Origin: Macrostomum lignano
Taxonomy: Eukaryota
Assembly (NCBI GenBank): GCA_002269645.1
Contig: NIVC01000112.1
Span: 206,520-270,519 of the forward strand
DNA: 64,000 nt
Reading direction: 5' to 3'
In this document: piece after piece, positions 51,792-64,000 of the stretch
How positions within the stretch are numbered: position 1 is the first letter of the stretch
How the letters are laid out: each line of letters begins with the position of its first letter
Translations under genes and position numbers: made by a program
The notes under the pieces: model-generated
Told to the model about the DNA's origin: nothing
The model's input: only the letters and a program-made list of their open reading frames with translations
Databases searched by the model: none

Positions 51792-52823
51792 TCCGTAGCG
51801 TTTTTATTTTTTTAACAAAATAAAACTCTGCGAATTTCTTTTACCCTATTTTGACTCAATGGTTGCATGCACCTTGACTTCTATTGGCCCTTTTATACAG
51901 CTTCGCTTTGAAGCGTTAATGACGACGCTTCTAGCTGGGACGTTTTTTAATCGGAGGATATTTAAAACTAATTTCCTGTCAGGAAATAGACATTCTTTGC
52001 AATATTATAATTCCTTTTAATTTCTGTCACGATTTTGTTTAAATGACTTTCAATAAAAATTTTAATCTTAGGGGGTATACGTGACTTTGCTATGGCATCG
52101 GCCATGGAAATTAACACCTTTTGATTAGTTATCGCATGTGATTCTCCTGTGCTCTGATTGCAGCGAACTCCAAATGACGAGGCTAAACTATCTTATCAGA
52201 TTGATGGGTTTTTAATTTAAGGACTGAGAAGGCCTTTGACGCAAAAACTAATCATCAAGGACTACTTAAGTCATTTTTGCTAATCACAAGGACTCCGCAA
52301 GTCACACGTACCCTACCAACAACAGTTTTGAGCAGTTCCAATGAGACCTATAATGTAATATAATTAATGCATGCACGCGACAATCACAACTGAAAGTCTC
52401 TCTAATCCACGATCAGCGAAATTGCGTTGTAGAATTTTATTTGATTCGTTTCTTGATAACAGGGAGATTAGGTAGGCTTTACTCCTGAAGGCTATTCCAT
52501 GCTACTGAAAACTTATTTGTTTTAGAAGCTTCAGCAAATTACAGAGATTGTCAGAAAACTGGATATCAGGCGTTATGCTTTTCTTTCAAGCATCTTAATC
52601 TCTAAGAAGCAAACATCACGATCACTGTACAATGCTTTTTTGCATGTAGCTTTTTTAATCTGAAATTTTTCTTCTTTTTTGCCTCTCCTACGGCCTCAGA
52701 TTGGCAGCATGTAACTCAAATCCTTTTGGACCCACTCAGATTCCAACCCAAGCCCTTCATGACGCAAAGCGCTTCAGCTCTTCCAAAACCCCCTGGCCCA
52801 AAACTCGTGCAAGTAAGGTTGTC

Positions 52824-53503
52824 TGATGCTGATGCTGATGCTGATGCTGATGCTGATGCTGATGCTGATTCTGATACTGATGCTGATGCTGATGCTGATG
52901 CTGATACTGATACTGATACTGATACTGATACTGATGCTGATACTGATACTGATACTGATACTGATACTGATGCTGATGCTGATACTGATACTGATACTGA
53001 TACTGATACTGATGCTGATACTGATACTGATACTGATACTGATACTGATACTGATGCTGATACTGATACTGATACTGATGCTGATACTGATGCTGATACT
53101 GATGCTGATACTGATGCTGATACTGATACTGATACTGATGCTGATGCTGATGCTGATACTGATACTGATACTGATACTGATACTGATACTGATACTGATA
53201 CTGATACTGATACTGATACTGATGCTGATACTGATGCTGATACTGATGCTGATGCTGATACTGATGCTGATACTGATGCTGATGCTGATACTGATACTGA
53301 TACTGATACTGATACTGATACTGATGCTGATACTGATGCTGATACTGATGCTGATACTGATGCTGATGCTGATACTGATACTGATACTGATACTGATACT
53401 GATACTGATACTGATACTGATACTGATACTGATGCTGATACTGATGCTGATACTGATGCTGATACTGATGCTGATGCTGATACTGATACTGATACTGATA
53501 CTG
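52824..53503. repeat. (GATACT/GATGCT)n hexamer microsatellite
   Basis: Interleaved GATACT and GATGCT units. Confidence 0.93.
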
Positions 53504-53954
53504 TCATGATACTCTTGTGTTATAAAATAATCAAAGACAAGCACAATCGATATGATGCCAGGACAAAAACTGGTGCTCAATTTACTATGCATTGAAGTTA
53601 ATCTTGACTATGCATTTTTGCTGGTGATATTAAAGTAAAAAGTCCAGTTGTTGCGTTGAAAAGTCAGTTTTGTTGTACCAAAGTTCAAGCAACAGGGCTC
53701 GGCTGCAATCTATAGGGTAAGCTACCCTTAGTTTGGTAGGGTAGCTCGTAGCTCGTACATGAGTTTTTAAGCTGAGGGCGGGAACTGGAGACGACACACT
53801 AAAGCAATAATAGGGTGGTTACAAGGAAAACTGAAGTAACTTCGTTAAACTTCTTCTTCTTCTTAAGTAGTCCTTGTGTGGTTATTGGTGAATTTCGACT
53901 TAAAGTTTAAGACGAAACAGTTACTTGATAGCTACGTACGTGTACAAACACTAC

Positions 53955-54401
<447 letters not shown>

Positions 54402-54560
54402 CTAATACTAGCTACTGAAAAACTACGTTTTGGTTGAACTACGCTCGTAGCTACTTAATTTTTTCATTAACAACAAGCATATTGCATTCTTACTTAGATG
54501 GTCGATTAAACCAGTTCCTTCAATGTATAATATGACATAAAGTTATAGATCAGATTTTTA

Positions 54561-55008
54561 CAACAACAACAACAACAAAGTACACTGGATAGTCTCTAGT
54601 GTCACAGGGCGCGTCTCAAGGCCAGAGTGCGAACATAGGCCGCTCCGCCGGCAGAGTCCGGGGCGCCGGCGTCAGCCAGCAGGCAGTCGACGAAACGCCG
54701 AGTGCGCGCCTGTCCTCGCCGGTAGGGTGCCTGCAGCTTGAGCAGCAGCACCTCCTGCACCGGCTGTGGGCAGTACGACTCGGCGCGGATGATATGACCT
54801 GCCAGCTGGAGTCGCCGACGGCGCAGCAGGTCACTTGGACGGGCCAGGCCGGCGCGGCGATAGAGTGCCGCGTTGGTGACTTGCTCGTCGCCGATCTTGA
54901 AGGCGGCGCGCAGCAGGCCAGCGTGGGCTGCGTCGACTTGATGTTCGAGCGAGTCTGACAGCGTCCAGGTCTCGGCGTTGTAAAGCAGGACGGTTTCGAC
55001 TACCGCCG
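54561..55008 (-). mobile_element. 5'-truncated RTE-type non-LTR retrotransposon (3' end of ORF2)
   Basis: AVVETVLLYNAETWTL...LRRRRLQLAGHIIR resembles the post-RT C-terminus of RTE-like LINEs. (GTT)n tail near 54561-54578. TSD GATTTTTA at 54553-54560 and 55009-55016. Absent from the paralogous flank near 61120. Confidence 0.85.
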
Positions 55009-55122
55009 GATTTTTAGTATACTGGATGGTAACAGCCATTAAAGCAAAAGCGACACAACAGGTAAAGGGAGATCAGGTATGTGACATTGACGAAAGCTCG
55101 TCCGATTTTTCCGCGAGTCATT

Positions 55123-56289
55123 TCAGAATCGGCCAGGTATGTTAGCCTGGTTGCTCATCGGCAGAGGATCTGTTGGCGCGGAACGACCAGTGCCGCTACC
55201 GCAGTGCTTGCAACGCTCTAGTCGGAACAGAGCCACAAATCTCCGTCGGTAACTCGGGCTCTTCCACAGCAGAAGCAGCCAGTTACCGCTCTGGTTGAAG
55301 ATGACGAGCGCCTCGCTCAGCTGCGAGATGTTTAGCAGAGCGCGAAGGAGCTGAGCATCCGCCTCTGTCCTGTGCTGACCAATGATCTGCCCTGATAGAA
55401 TGGTGAGCACACTGGGCAGAGAGCACACAGTGAGCAGGACTGACATGGCGACGCACACGATCGTGTTGGTCATCTTGTCTCTCTCGTCAGCAGCTGTCGT
55501 GAGCGACGACGAGAGCTGACGGTGTTGACGCAGGATGACTACCAGCTTGCAGGCGAGGTAGCAGTTCGTGAGCAGCACACAGAATACCGGAAGAGTCGGT
55601 GGGTTCAGGAACAGGGGCATGTACACACTCAATAGTACTTTGGCAAAGCCTTCGATGTGTGAATTAACCATGCAGACAATTAGTCGTGGGGCATTGGGCG
55701 TGAACTGAAGCTCATACCAGCTGTAGACAGCTAGGCAGACGGAGCTCAGGGCAAAGGAAGCCACTACAGCGACGCCGCAAACTCGCCAGGCCGTGCGATG
55801 CGAGACCGTCTGGAAGCGGAATGGCATGGCCAGACACAGAGCTCGGTCCAGCACCATCGCCAGGAAGATGCACATCGACTGTAGGCCGAGCCACTTATCA
55901 GCGAATCGGTATACAGTGCACAGAGTGGGTGAGTAGTTAGTTACAATGAAGCCAAACTGACCACCGCTGATCCAAGGCAGGCCGCGGCGAAGAAACTGGC
56001 TCAGTACGCCACCCACGAGCAGGTAGGCGCTGTCGGCGATCGCCATGGCGCCCAGGTAGACGTTGAGTCTGGTGCGCTCGGCTCCGCGACCCAGCGTGAC
56101 CCACACGGTGGCGCAGTTACCGAACAGACCGGACACCGTCACCAGAGGCAGCAGGAGGCCCGTCACAACTCCGTAGGCTGTGCTGATCGGACAGAAGATG
56201 TGCCGGTTGGGCGCATCGGGGAGGCAGTCGACGATGGCGCTGCTCAGGCTGGCGTAGAAGCTCGTTTCTGGGGCGGAGGAGTTGGCCAT
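55123..56289 (-). CDS. Rhodopsin-like class A GPCR (peptide-receptor-like orphan), copy 2, intronless, 388 aa
   Basis: Seven hydrophobic segments. TM1 GLFGN, TM2 MAIAD, ECL/TM3 Cys (TLCTVYRF), DRY variant DRA, TM5 NPPTLP, TM6 VCSLP, TM7 NQSGNW, helix 8 SPSYRRRF. Confidence 0.92.
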   Translation of the reverse strand: MANSSAPETSFYASLSSAIVDCLPDAPNRHIFCPISTAYGVVTGLLLPLVTVSGLFGNCATVWVTLGRGAERTRLNVYLGAMAIADSAYLLVGGVLSQFLRRGLPWISGGQFGFIVTNYSPTLCTVYRFADKWLGLQSMCIFLAMVLDRALCLAMPFRFQTVSHRTAWRVCGVAVVASFALSSVCLAVYSWYELQFTPNAPRLIVCMVNSHIEGFAKVLLSVYMPLFLNPPTLPVFCVLLTNCYLACKLVVILRQHRQLSSSLTTAADERDKMTNTIVCVAMSVLLTVCSLPSVLTILSGQIIGQHRTEADAQLLRALLNISQLSEALVIFNQSGNWLLLLWKSPSYRRRFVALFRLERCKHCGSGTGRSAPTDPLPMSNQANIPGRF

Positions 56290-56999
56290 GTCTTGCTCAA
56301 AGCGTCTGAGATGCTGCTCTTGATTGTCGTGAGGCGGCCCGTATATTTATGCTTTTTTCCATTCGGCCGCCTCTGCAAAATTTAATCTGGGCTTAAGTCT
56401 TTTGAAAAAGCTGGGTTGACAATTTACGAGTATTGCTTTGCTGCCTTTGATGGTAATTTAATAGTTACTCAGTTGCCTTTTGTTGAGCATTAACTTTCTT
56501 GATATATCCAAAGCGCGACGACTAGTACTGCAACGACATCAACTGCTGCACAGAAACGTTTGGGTAATCAGTAACAAGATCCAAATGGAGACGCCTCCAA
56601 GTGCCCAGGTAGGCACTTCATAATTGACACTTGGATGCAGCTAAATTGATTCTAATAACTAGGAGGGTGTTTATGTATCGAATCATTGCTGCTGGTTAGC
56701 TGTTGTTATTTCGGAAGCTGTTGGGAATTTCGATTATGATTCGCAGATAGCGTCTATGCGCTTGTGTAGTCAGGAAGCAGTTTATCTAAGTTGAAGGGCC
56801 GGTTCCCGATTTCCGCTACATTTCACTCTTTGAAGTCATTCCTGTAGTAGACTGAGGAACCTTCTACCATTCGAAGGCGTCGCTGTTCTATACGATGCTT
56901 GAGATTTTGCAGCTCACCGATGAACTGATGGATTCACTCAATCAGCGAGTTAATGCAAATACGCTCGTAAGTCGATATAGGTTTTACTTATGCTCAGGA

Positions 57000-59900
57000 C
57001 CGAATGATATTTAAAACGTATATTTTCTGGCACTGTGCGGTTTTTCTGCAGTCACTCTGCTTGGGCGTCCAAAGAATTCGATGGTGAGATGTTTACTGGC
57101 ATTGAGGAAGCCATCATGTCGTACTTGAAACCAAAGTTGCGTATCATACTGGCCAAGCGCAACAAGTTTTGCTCTTTTGGAGTGAGACAGCATGAGAACG
57201 AGATACTGCCCGATTTCCTGACGAGGCTGAGGAAAGCTGCTCGCCACTGTTAATTTGATTCCCTAGATAAAAGCTCAAAGCCCAGAGATTGAAATGGTTA
57301 ACCTCGCATTTGCCCACGGACGCAACACGGAGTTCTCAAAGCGATGCAGGCAGAAGAACTCAGTATCGTGGATATTGTTGTCCTGACAAGGCGAATCGAG
57401 CAAGTAGAGGACTTCGTTGCGGGTAGGCTTCATTGCTGGCGTCCTGTCTACGGCCACTTCCTTCAAACACTGCTTGTGAGTCGCATACTCAGATCTTCCG
57501 CGGAAATTACAAGCGCCAAAATTAGCATCAGTGTTGTCGCTACTATAAAAAGAGCCATGTCGCTAGAAAATGTCCAGCCTTGGTACAGCGGTGCAGCAAA
57601 TGCAGAAAGCTCAACCACTTTGCCTCCGTATAACGCTCTACCTGTTCAAGCCTGCGCACAATATGGAAGTAACGACAATAGCACTGAGGTTTTGCACCTG
57701 TCCAACGTAGAAGTAATTCACTCGGTAGAAGCCAGCTTGGAAACATTTGCTGCTTGACACAGGCGCCTCTGTACGTCAACATCATCTCACTCGCCCAGGC
57801 GTCCAACGCTAAAGTTTTGCTACCGCCGCCTCTATGGCGGTACGCTACTGTCGTGGTCTGCGTCCCACAGACCTGAATGCTCTTCGTTCGACAAAATCTT
57901 TTGGATTTCTGGGTAGAGATCTGTTGGAATCTGACCACCAGCTTTTCAGTGTAACCACAGCCAGCGACAGCCTACAGCCTACCAGTGAAGGCTCCAGTGA
58001 AGTACTTATGGTTGCCTCGTGGTTGTCTCGAGGTGGCCTGGTAGGTCTTAAGTCTCGAGCCTCTTCTTCTGGGAGCCTTCTTAGTAGCTCTTAGTAGCGT
58101 AGGTAGTGGACTAGTGGTGCCACCAGTCCGTCTGGTCTCGGCCTTCGGTGAGGTGAGCTTCTGTCGGGACGAAATAATTAAGACGAGCGAACACAGCACC
58201 GTGTGCAGATTTGCAGCTTGACAGGGCATCTTGTCAGCAGATCCTGCCGGGCTTAAGGGGTGGATGGGAAGGCTGTGTTAGCCTCTCGTAGACTTGGTGT
58301 TGGCTTCAGAAGGGTCACAGTCAGACCAATAACAAAGACTTGATAGCACACAACGGGTTCAAGACTGTTAACTGACAGGCGAAACAATCCTTGACGGAAA
58401 CAAGGGTGAGGGGTCCGTATTTATAGCCTGAGAATCCCTTTGTGCGCGAGACCTCGTGTCTTGTGACTCGTTCTATTTTTAGAACTGAATTTTTAGTATA
58501 GGGAAAGTCACTTCCCGCCCGAGGAGACAGGGGTCTCCGGGCAAAGTGCACAGGGCCGCGTGACTCAGTGTCTATTTTTAGAAATATGAGTCACGGTTTA
58601 CCTTAGAGAGCGTAAGGGCCCTGGGGCACGTGATTCCTCAGTAAACACAGACCAGTGAGTGCAGTAAACATGTTTACTGCACTTTACGACTTTAGAAAAC
58701 AGGTCACCAGCGTGACCTCAGTACTGGAGCAAAACAAGAGCAGACCACAGCAGAGAAGCATGTGGCTGCAAACAGGAGCGCAGAAAACGGGGCAGAGGAC
58801 AAGCAGCAAACGGGGAATGGACAGCAAACAGGCAGACAGAGGGGAGGCGGCAGGGTGCCTAGCGGCAGACAGCAAACCCAGGGCGATGGCGAGGGCGAGG
58901 GCGAAGGAAACTTCTGACAAGAGGGATGACGCCTAACACTAAACTAGCGGCTCACTTCACTAGCAATGATCAAGGACGTCAATGCCACGATTGAGCTCAT
59001 CGAAGATGCCACTGCGATGTTCTGTCGCGCGCGTAATGTACCTATAGCTCTCGAACCTGCTGCCAACGCCGAGTTTTTACAGGTTGCAGAAGCTGGGAGT
59101 GATCGAGCTAGTAGATAGCCCGCTGAGCAATTCGTCACCTGTGGTTTGAATAAAGAAGCCGAAACTGTAAGGATGTGTGCTGACTACAGTGTGCATGTGA
59201 ATGCTAAAATACGTTCTGAGGATTAACCAATCCTCATTGGTTAATTAGGATGAAGATGAGCGTAGAATGCCTACTAGAAAGGATCAAGAACGCGAGGAGG
59301 TTAGCCGGGGTTGACCTGCGATCCGCCTACCGGCAGATGGTGTTGAACAAAAGCTGCCTAGGATCTATCAGTAATTTTAATGTCAAAGGGTCTGTTGTTT
59401 GCATAAATACCTGCAGATAAGGATGAAAATGCCTAATTCCTTTTGGAAAGCATTCTATCTGACTTACAATGGGTTTTTATTTATCCTGGTCTTTACCGAA
59501 TATTCAGAGTCACTGCTAAAAAAGACTCTCTCATTGAGCCAAACTTGTGGAGAAGCATGTCGCCATCAAATACAGCAAGTGCGTAGAAGAGACGGACATA
59601 GTCTCTTTCCTAGGCTTCAAAATCCCATCTGACGGCATCCAGCCAGACGATAGACTTGTGGACAAGATCTGCAACATCGCCACACCCAGGAATGAGAAAC
59701 AAATAGAGAACTTGATCTGACTCGTGAAATGTTTTGGTCATCCGAATTTCTAAAGAAAGGCAAAACTTTTTAACGACTTGCGGCATTCCAATGTACCTTT
59801 CTCGTGATTCACAAGCTGAAAATCTGCTTTTCGTGCTCTGAAGAAGAAAAAATCGCGTCACAGTCGGTCGTCCAGACAAACACTTTTGAGAAAGAGGTCA

Positions 59901-60100
59901 CCCTCACGACGGACGCATCCAAAGGCGCCCTTTGCCGGCGGATTCACTTAAGAGGTCACTCGGTCATCTTCATCACCAGAAGTCTCTTCAAGGCCAAAGT
60001 AAATTATTGGAAGAAAGGCGGAGTTCCGCTTACTAAGGGCGATTCTAAAGGAGGGGCTTAGGGGTGAACATCCACGCGTATCTCCCGATGGGCATCTGCA
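57000..60100 (+). mobile_element. Decayed Ty3/gypsy LTR retrotransposon (gag and pol remnants)
   Basis: Gag-like RQHENEILPDFLTRLRKAARHC (to ~57250). RT N-terminus MIKDVNATIELIEDATAMFCRARNVPIALEP (~58970) and VRMCADY (~59170). RT C-terminus VSFLGFKIPSDGIQPD (~59600). RNase H-like LTTDASKG...FITRSL (~59900). Many stops and frameshifts; LTRs not delimited. Confidence 0.75.
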
Positions 60101-61229
60101 ATAATGTAATATGACCACATAGGTACTTACATCCTAGGAAAAGACACCCCCACGTGGACGCGTTAATTGTCGCGGTTGCGTTTCACATACTCGTCCGTTG
60201 ATGCAGAAAAGTGCGCAGTGCAATCATCAACTGTGTGGCGTTTGAAGCACCAGTTATTCCGTTGGAGATTGAGCTGAGCGCCGACCTACAGTACATGTAT
60301 TCATTTCAAACATTAGTCGTCTCGCCAGTTCAGGCGATTGGAGACGATTCTCACAGGTGGAGAAGCCATTATGGCATGTTTTGGAGATGCTAACGGTAGA
60401 GAACGGTCTACTATTCAAAAGCCGCTAGGTTTTGATCCCACCGTAGTGAGGCCTTTAGCGTGGCTCACAGCACTAATTAGGGCTATTTCGCTAGGGCGAA
60501 TTATCGGGTCTGTGGGGAGATCATTGCGGTGTGAAGGGCACATGTTTAAATCCGAGTGAGTCCAAAATTATTTGAGTTACACACTGCCAGTCTTACTCGG
60601 GGAGGCAATAAACGAAAAAATAATACTCGGTGCTATAAAATGATGAAAGACCAACACAATCAATATATGATGCCGGGGCAAAAACTTGTGCTAAAAATTA
60701 CTGGTAATTTCGGGTATGCATTTTAGCTGGTGCTAAAGCAGGTGATATTGAAAAATAAAGTCGAGATGTCGCGTTCAATTTACAGTACTTACAATGCTGT
60801 TTTGTTGTACCGAGGTTCAAACAGTTACTGAAGAGTTCGGCTGTAATCTAAAGAGTAGCTGTAGTACACGGGTTTTTAAAACTGAGGGCGGGAACTGGAG
60901 ACGACATACTACAGCAATAAGACAGTGGTTATTGGTGAGCTTAATTTTAAAGTTTAGGACGAAACATTTGGGTAATAGCTACGTGAACAAACACTCATAC
61001 TACTGAAAAACTACCGTCAAGCTTGAAAAAACTATTGCTGTTCATGGCAACAAGCATAATGCATTCTTTCTTTTTGATGGCCGATTAAACTAGTTCCTTC
61101 AGTTTCTGACATAAACAGAATTCTTGATCGAATAGCCACAACTAATACAGCAAAAGCGACACAACAAGCAAAATGAGTTCAGGTCAGTGACATTTGACAA
61201 CGGCTCATCCGATTTTTCCGCAAGTCATT

Positions 61230-62396
61230 TCAGAATCGGCCAGGTATGTTAGCCTGGTTGCTCATCGGCAGAGGATCTGTTGGCGCGGAACGACCAGTGC
61301 CGCTACCGCAGTGCTTGCAACGCTCTAGTCGGAACAGAGCCACAAATCTCCGTCGGTAACTCGGGCTCTTCCACAGCAGAAGCAGCCAGTTACCGCTCTG
61401 GTTGAAGATGACGAGCGCCTCGCTCAGCTGCGAGATGTTTAGCAGAGCGCGAAGGAGCTGAGCATCCGCCTCTGTCCTGTGCTGACCAATGATCTGCCCT
61501 GATAGAATGGTGAGCACACTGGGCAGAGAGCACACAGTGAGCAGGACTGACATGGCGACGCACACGATCGTGTTGGTCATCTTGTCTCTCTCGTCAGCAG
61601 CTGTCGTGAGCGACGACGAGAGCTGACGGTGTTGACGCAGGATGGCGACCAGCTTGCAGGCGAGGTAGCAGTTCGTGAGCAGCACACAGAATACCGGAAG
61701 GGTCGGTGGGTTCAGGAACAGGGGCATGTACACACTCAATAGTACTTTGGCAAAGCCTTCGATGTGTGAATTAACCATGCAGACAATTAGTCGTGGGGCA
61801 TTGGGCGTGAACTGAAGCTCATACCAGCTGTAGACAGCCAGGCAGACGGAGCTCAGGGCAAAGGAAGCCGCTACAGCGACGCCGCAAACTCGCCAGGCCG
61901 TGCGATGCGAGACCGTCTGGAAGCGGAACGGCATGGCCAGACACAGAGCTCGGTCCAGCACCATCGCCAGGAAGATGCACATCGACTGCAGGCCGAGCCA
62001 CTTATCAGCGAATCGGTATACAGTGCACAGAGTGGGTGAGTAGTTAGTTACAATGAAGCCAAACTGACCACCGCTGATCCAAGGCAGGCCGCGGCGAAGA
62101 AACTGGCTCAGTACGCCACCCACGAGCAGGTAGGCGCTGTCGGCGATCGCCATGGCGCCCAGGTAGACATTGAGTCGAGTGCGCTCGGCTCCGTGACCCA
62201 GCGTGACCCACACGGTGGCGCAGTTACCGAACAGACCGGACACCGTCACCAGAGGCAGCAGGAGGCCCGTCACAACTCCGTAGGCTGTGCTGATCGGACA
62301 GAAGATGTGCCGGTTGGGCGCCTCGGGGAGGCAGTCGACGATGGCGCTGCTCAGGCTGGCGTAGAAGCTCGTTTCTGGGGCGGAGGAGTTGGCCAT
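61230..62396 (-). CDS. Rhodopsin-like class A GPCR, copy 3, intronless, 388 aa
   Basis: Same motifs as copy 2. I find only 4 amino-acid differences (PDAP/PEAP, GRG/GHG, VVAS/VAAS, VVIL/VAIL). Start codons are 6107 bp apart. Confidence 0.92.
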   Translation of the reverse strand: MANSSAPETSFYASLSSAIVDCLPEAPNRHIFCPISTAYGVVTGLLLPLVTVSGLFGNCATVWVTLGHGAERTRLNVYLGAMAIADSAYLLVGGVLSQFLRRGLPWISGGQFGFIVTNYSPTLCTVYRFADKWLGLQSMCIFLAMVLDRALCLAMPFRFQTVSHRTAWRVCGVAVAASFALSSVCLAVYSWYELQFTPNAPRLIVCMVNSHIEGFAKVLLSVYMPLFLNPPTLPVFCVLLTNCYLACKLVAILRQHRQLSSSLTTAADERDKMTNTIVCVAMSVLLTVCSLPSVLTILSGQIIGQHRTEADAQLLRALLNISQLSEALVIFNQSGNWLLLLWKSPSYRRRFVALFRLERCKHCGSGTGRSAPTDPLPMSNQANIPGRF

Positions 62397-62854
62397 GTCT
62401 TGCTCAAAGCGTCTAAGATGCTGCTCTTGATTGTCGTGAGGCGGCCCGTATATTTATGCTTTTTTCCATTCGGCCGCCTCTGCAAAATTTAATCTGGGCT
62501 TAAGTCTTTTGAAAAAAGCTGGGTTGACAATTTACGAGTATTGCTTTGCTGCCTTTGATGGTAATTTAATATTTCAGCTTGTTTTTTTGGTGAGCATCAA
62601 TTTTTCTGATTAATACAGCCATCAACATGAATTGCACTGCGTTCATCTTCACCCACCTAGATTTTTTCTGATGTGGCCAGTAAGCAAGAAAGCTGTTGAT
62701 TGAATTGAAAACCCATCTTATTATCTAGATGTAACTGCTTTATCCCGAGATTAGCGTTGCCCTGGCGAAAGAGAAAGATTGATTTCAGTATCCAGCCCCG
62801 CTGATAAAGACAATTGTAATTGCATGTGACGCCCTAGACTAGACAAAGAAAGAA

Positions 62855-63045
62855 AGATCTTTGTGTCAGAGTCGAGCGTAGTAAATCACAAGATCTTTGT
62901 GTCAGAGTCGAGCGTAGTAAATCACAAGATCTTTGTGTCAGAGTCGAGCGTAGTAAATCACAAGATCTTTGTGTCAGAGTCGAGCGTAGTAAATCACAAG
63001 ATCTTTGTGTCAGAGTCAAGCGTAGTAAATCACATCTGTGTCAGT
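62855..63045. repeat. 36-bp tandem repeat (~5 copies)
   Basis: GATCTTTGTGTCAGAGTCGAGCGTAGTAAATCACAA. Confidence 0.9.
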
Positions 63046-64000
63046 GTCTGCGTGTGTCACATGGACCGTTTTCATTCCGTCATAGTCTGATAAGCGCACT
63101 TCGTCAGGACACGTTCATTCATCGGACTCCGCCATCAGCCCTCCCTAGCTTCACTCTCTAGGAGAACATCATCAAGTCTTCATTATGAATCGCAAGAGCA
63201 ACTCGATGTCTTGCTTTGAAAGATGCCTTGCATTATAATATATAGAAATGCAGCCTGTGGATTGTGCCGTCTCGGCCCGAGGAAGCATAGACATTTCTAT
63301 TGTGTCATACTTCGCGGGCCGCATCACTTCATTTCGGCCTGCTCCTAGATGCAGGGCTAAGCAAAGTATGCAGTTTTCGATATACCATCTTTACCATAGA
63401 CTATAATCCCGGGCCGAATCGTTGTTTCTGCCCGCAGCGTGGCTGAGTGCAAAAACTGGGGTAGGGGCTTCGCCCCCACATTTTAACCATAGATAAAATC
63501 AACCAGAGTCTGACTGCAGTTAAGTAGTGGATATCAGAATTCTTTTCATTCTGAATTTAACTTCGTTTTTTGTCAACCTGCTGAGCTAGAGAAAAATGAT
63601 CAATTTGTCAAGAATTGCGACTGGGATATCTGCGGACTCTATGGACTCTAATCAAGGCTGTAACAGGTCAGTGTTCAGTTGTTTTTGTAGTGTGCTAAGT
63701 TATAGATTATAGCATCTAAGTTATAGATTATAGCAACAGATTATAGCGATGAATCCGTCAACCGATACACCAAGCGCATCTCTGAGAAGAGAAAGATCCA
63801 GGTTTCTCGCAGTCCCACGGAAGCATTGCACTCAGAGTCGAAGATGTCGAAGTTGGTTTTAATGGAGCACCGCCAGACGGAGTACAATGAGCCTGGCCCG
63901 TCGCGCAACCCAATAGCTACTCTGGAGAAGGATGGAGCTAAAATTAGCTTCTTTTTCTTGTAAAAGAGGCAAGCGGTGAATGGAAGCAAGTCTCTGTTTG

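Noticed and set aside
52726-53595. 289-aa ORF with (DA/DT)n acidic repeat, resembling a biomineral or adhesive protein
   Set aside because: It is a hexamer microsatellite open in several frames. The sequence after it is homologous to non-coding flank behind GPCR copy 3 (~60620 onward), and there is no signal peptide.
63060-63989. Short ORFs at the window end
   Set aside because: No recognisable domain; both strands give similar-length frames and the context is truncated.

Overview
Eukaryotic (animal) genomic DNA with GT-AG introns. It is most likely a free-living flatworm such as Macrostomum; this is inferred from the intact DNMT1, flatworm-type orphan GPCRs, GC-rich exons and minisatellite-filled introns, and was not verified by search. 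Hand-spliced genes: PP2A B56 regulatory subunit (+, 6 exons, 467 aa); a secreted F-type lectin + PAN-like protein (-); an unidentified gene ending in a Cys-rich exon with an upstream exon split by a MULE-like MITE (-); Swiprosin/EFHD2 (-); DNMT1 (-, 8 exons, 1296 aa, catalytic motifs intact, no recognisable in-frame CXXC finger); and three tandem rhodopsin-type GPCRs (-), one carrying an intron and a frameshift. Almost every long intron holds its own minisatellite, and most long ORFs in the track are translations of these repeats. Mobile DNA: a MITE with 9-bp TSD, a non-autonomous element with 8-bp TSD, a 5'-truncated RTE LINE with TSD, a decayed Ty3/gypsy element and a ~2 kb foldback palindrome. 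Best leads: the CXXC-less DNMT1, possible start-codon supply to EFHD2 by a spliced-leader AUG (possible DNMT1-EFHD2 operon), intron-private satellites, and a MITE that may be spliced out as a new intron.
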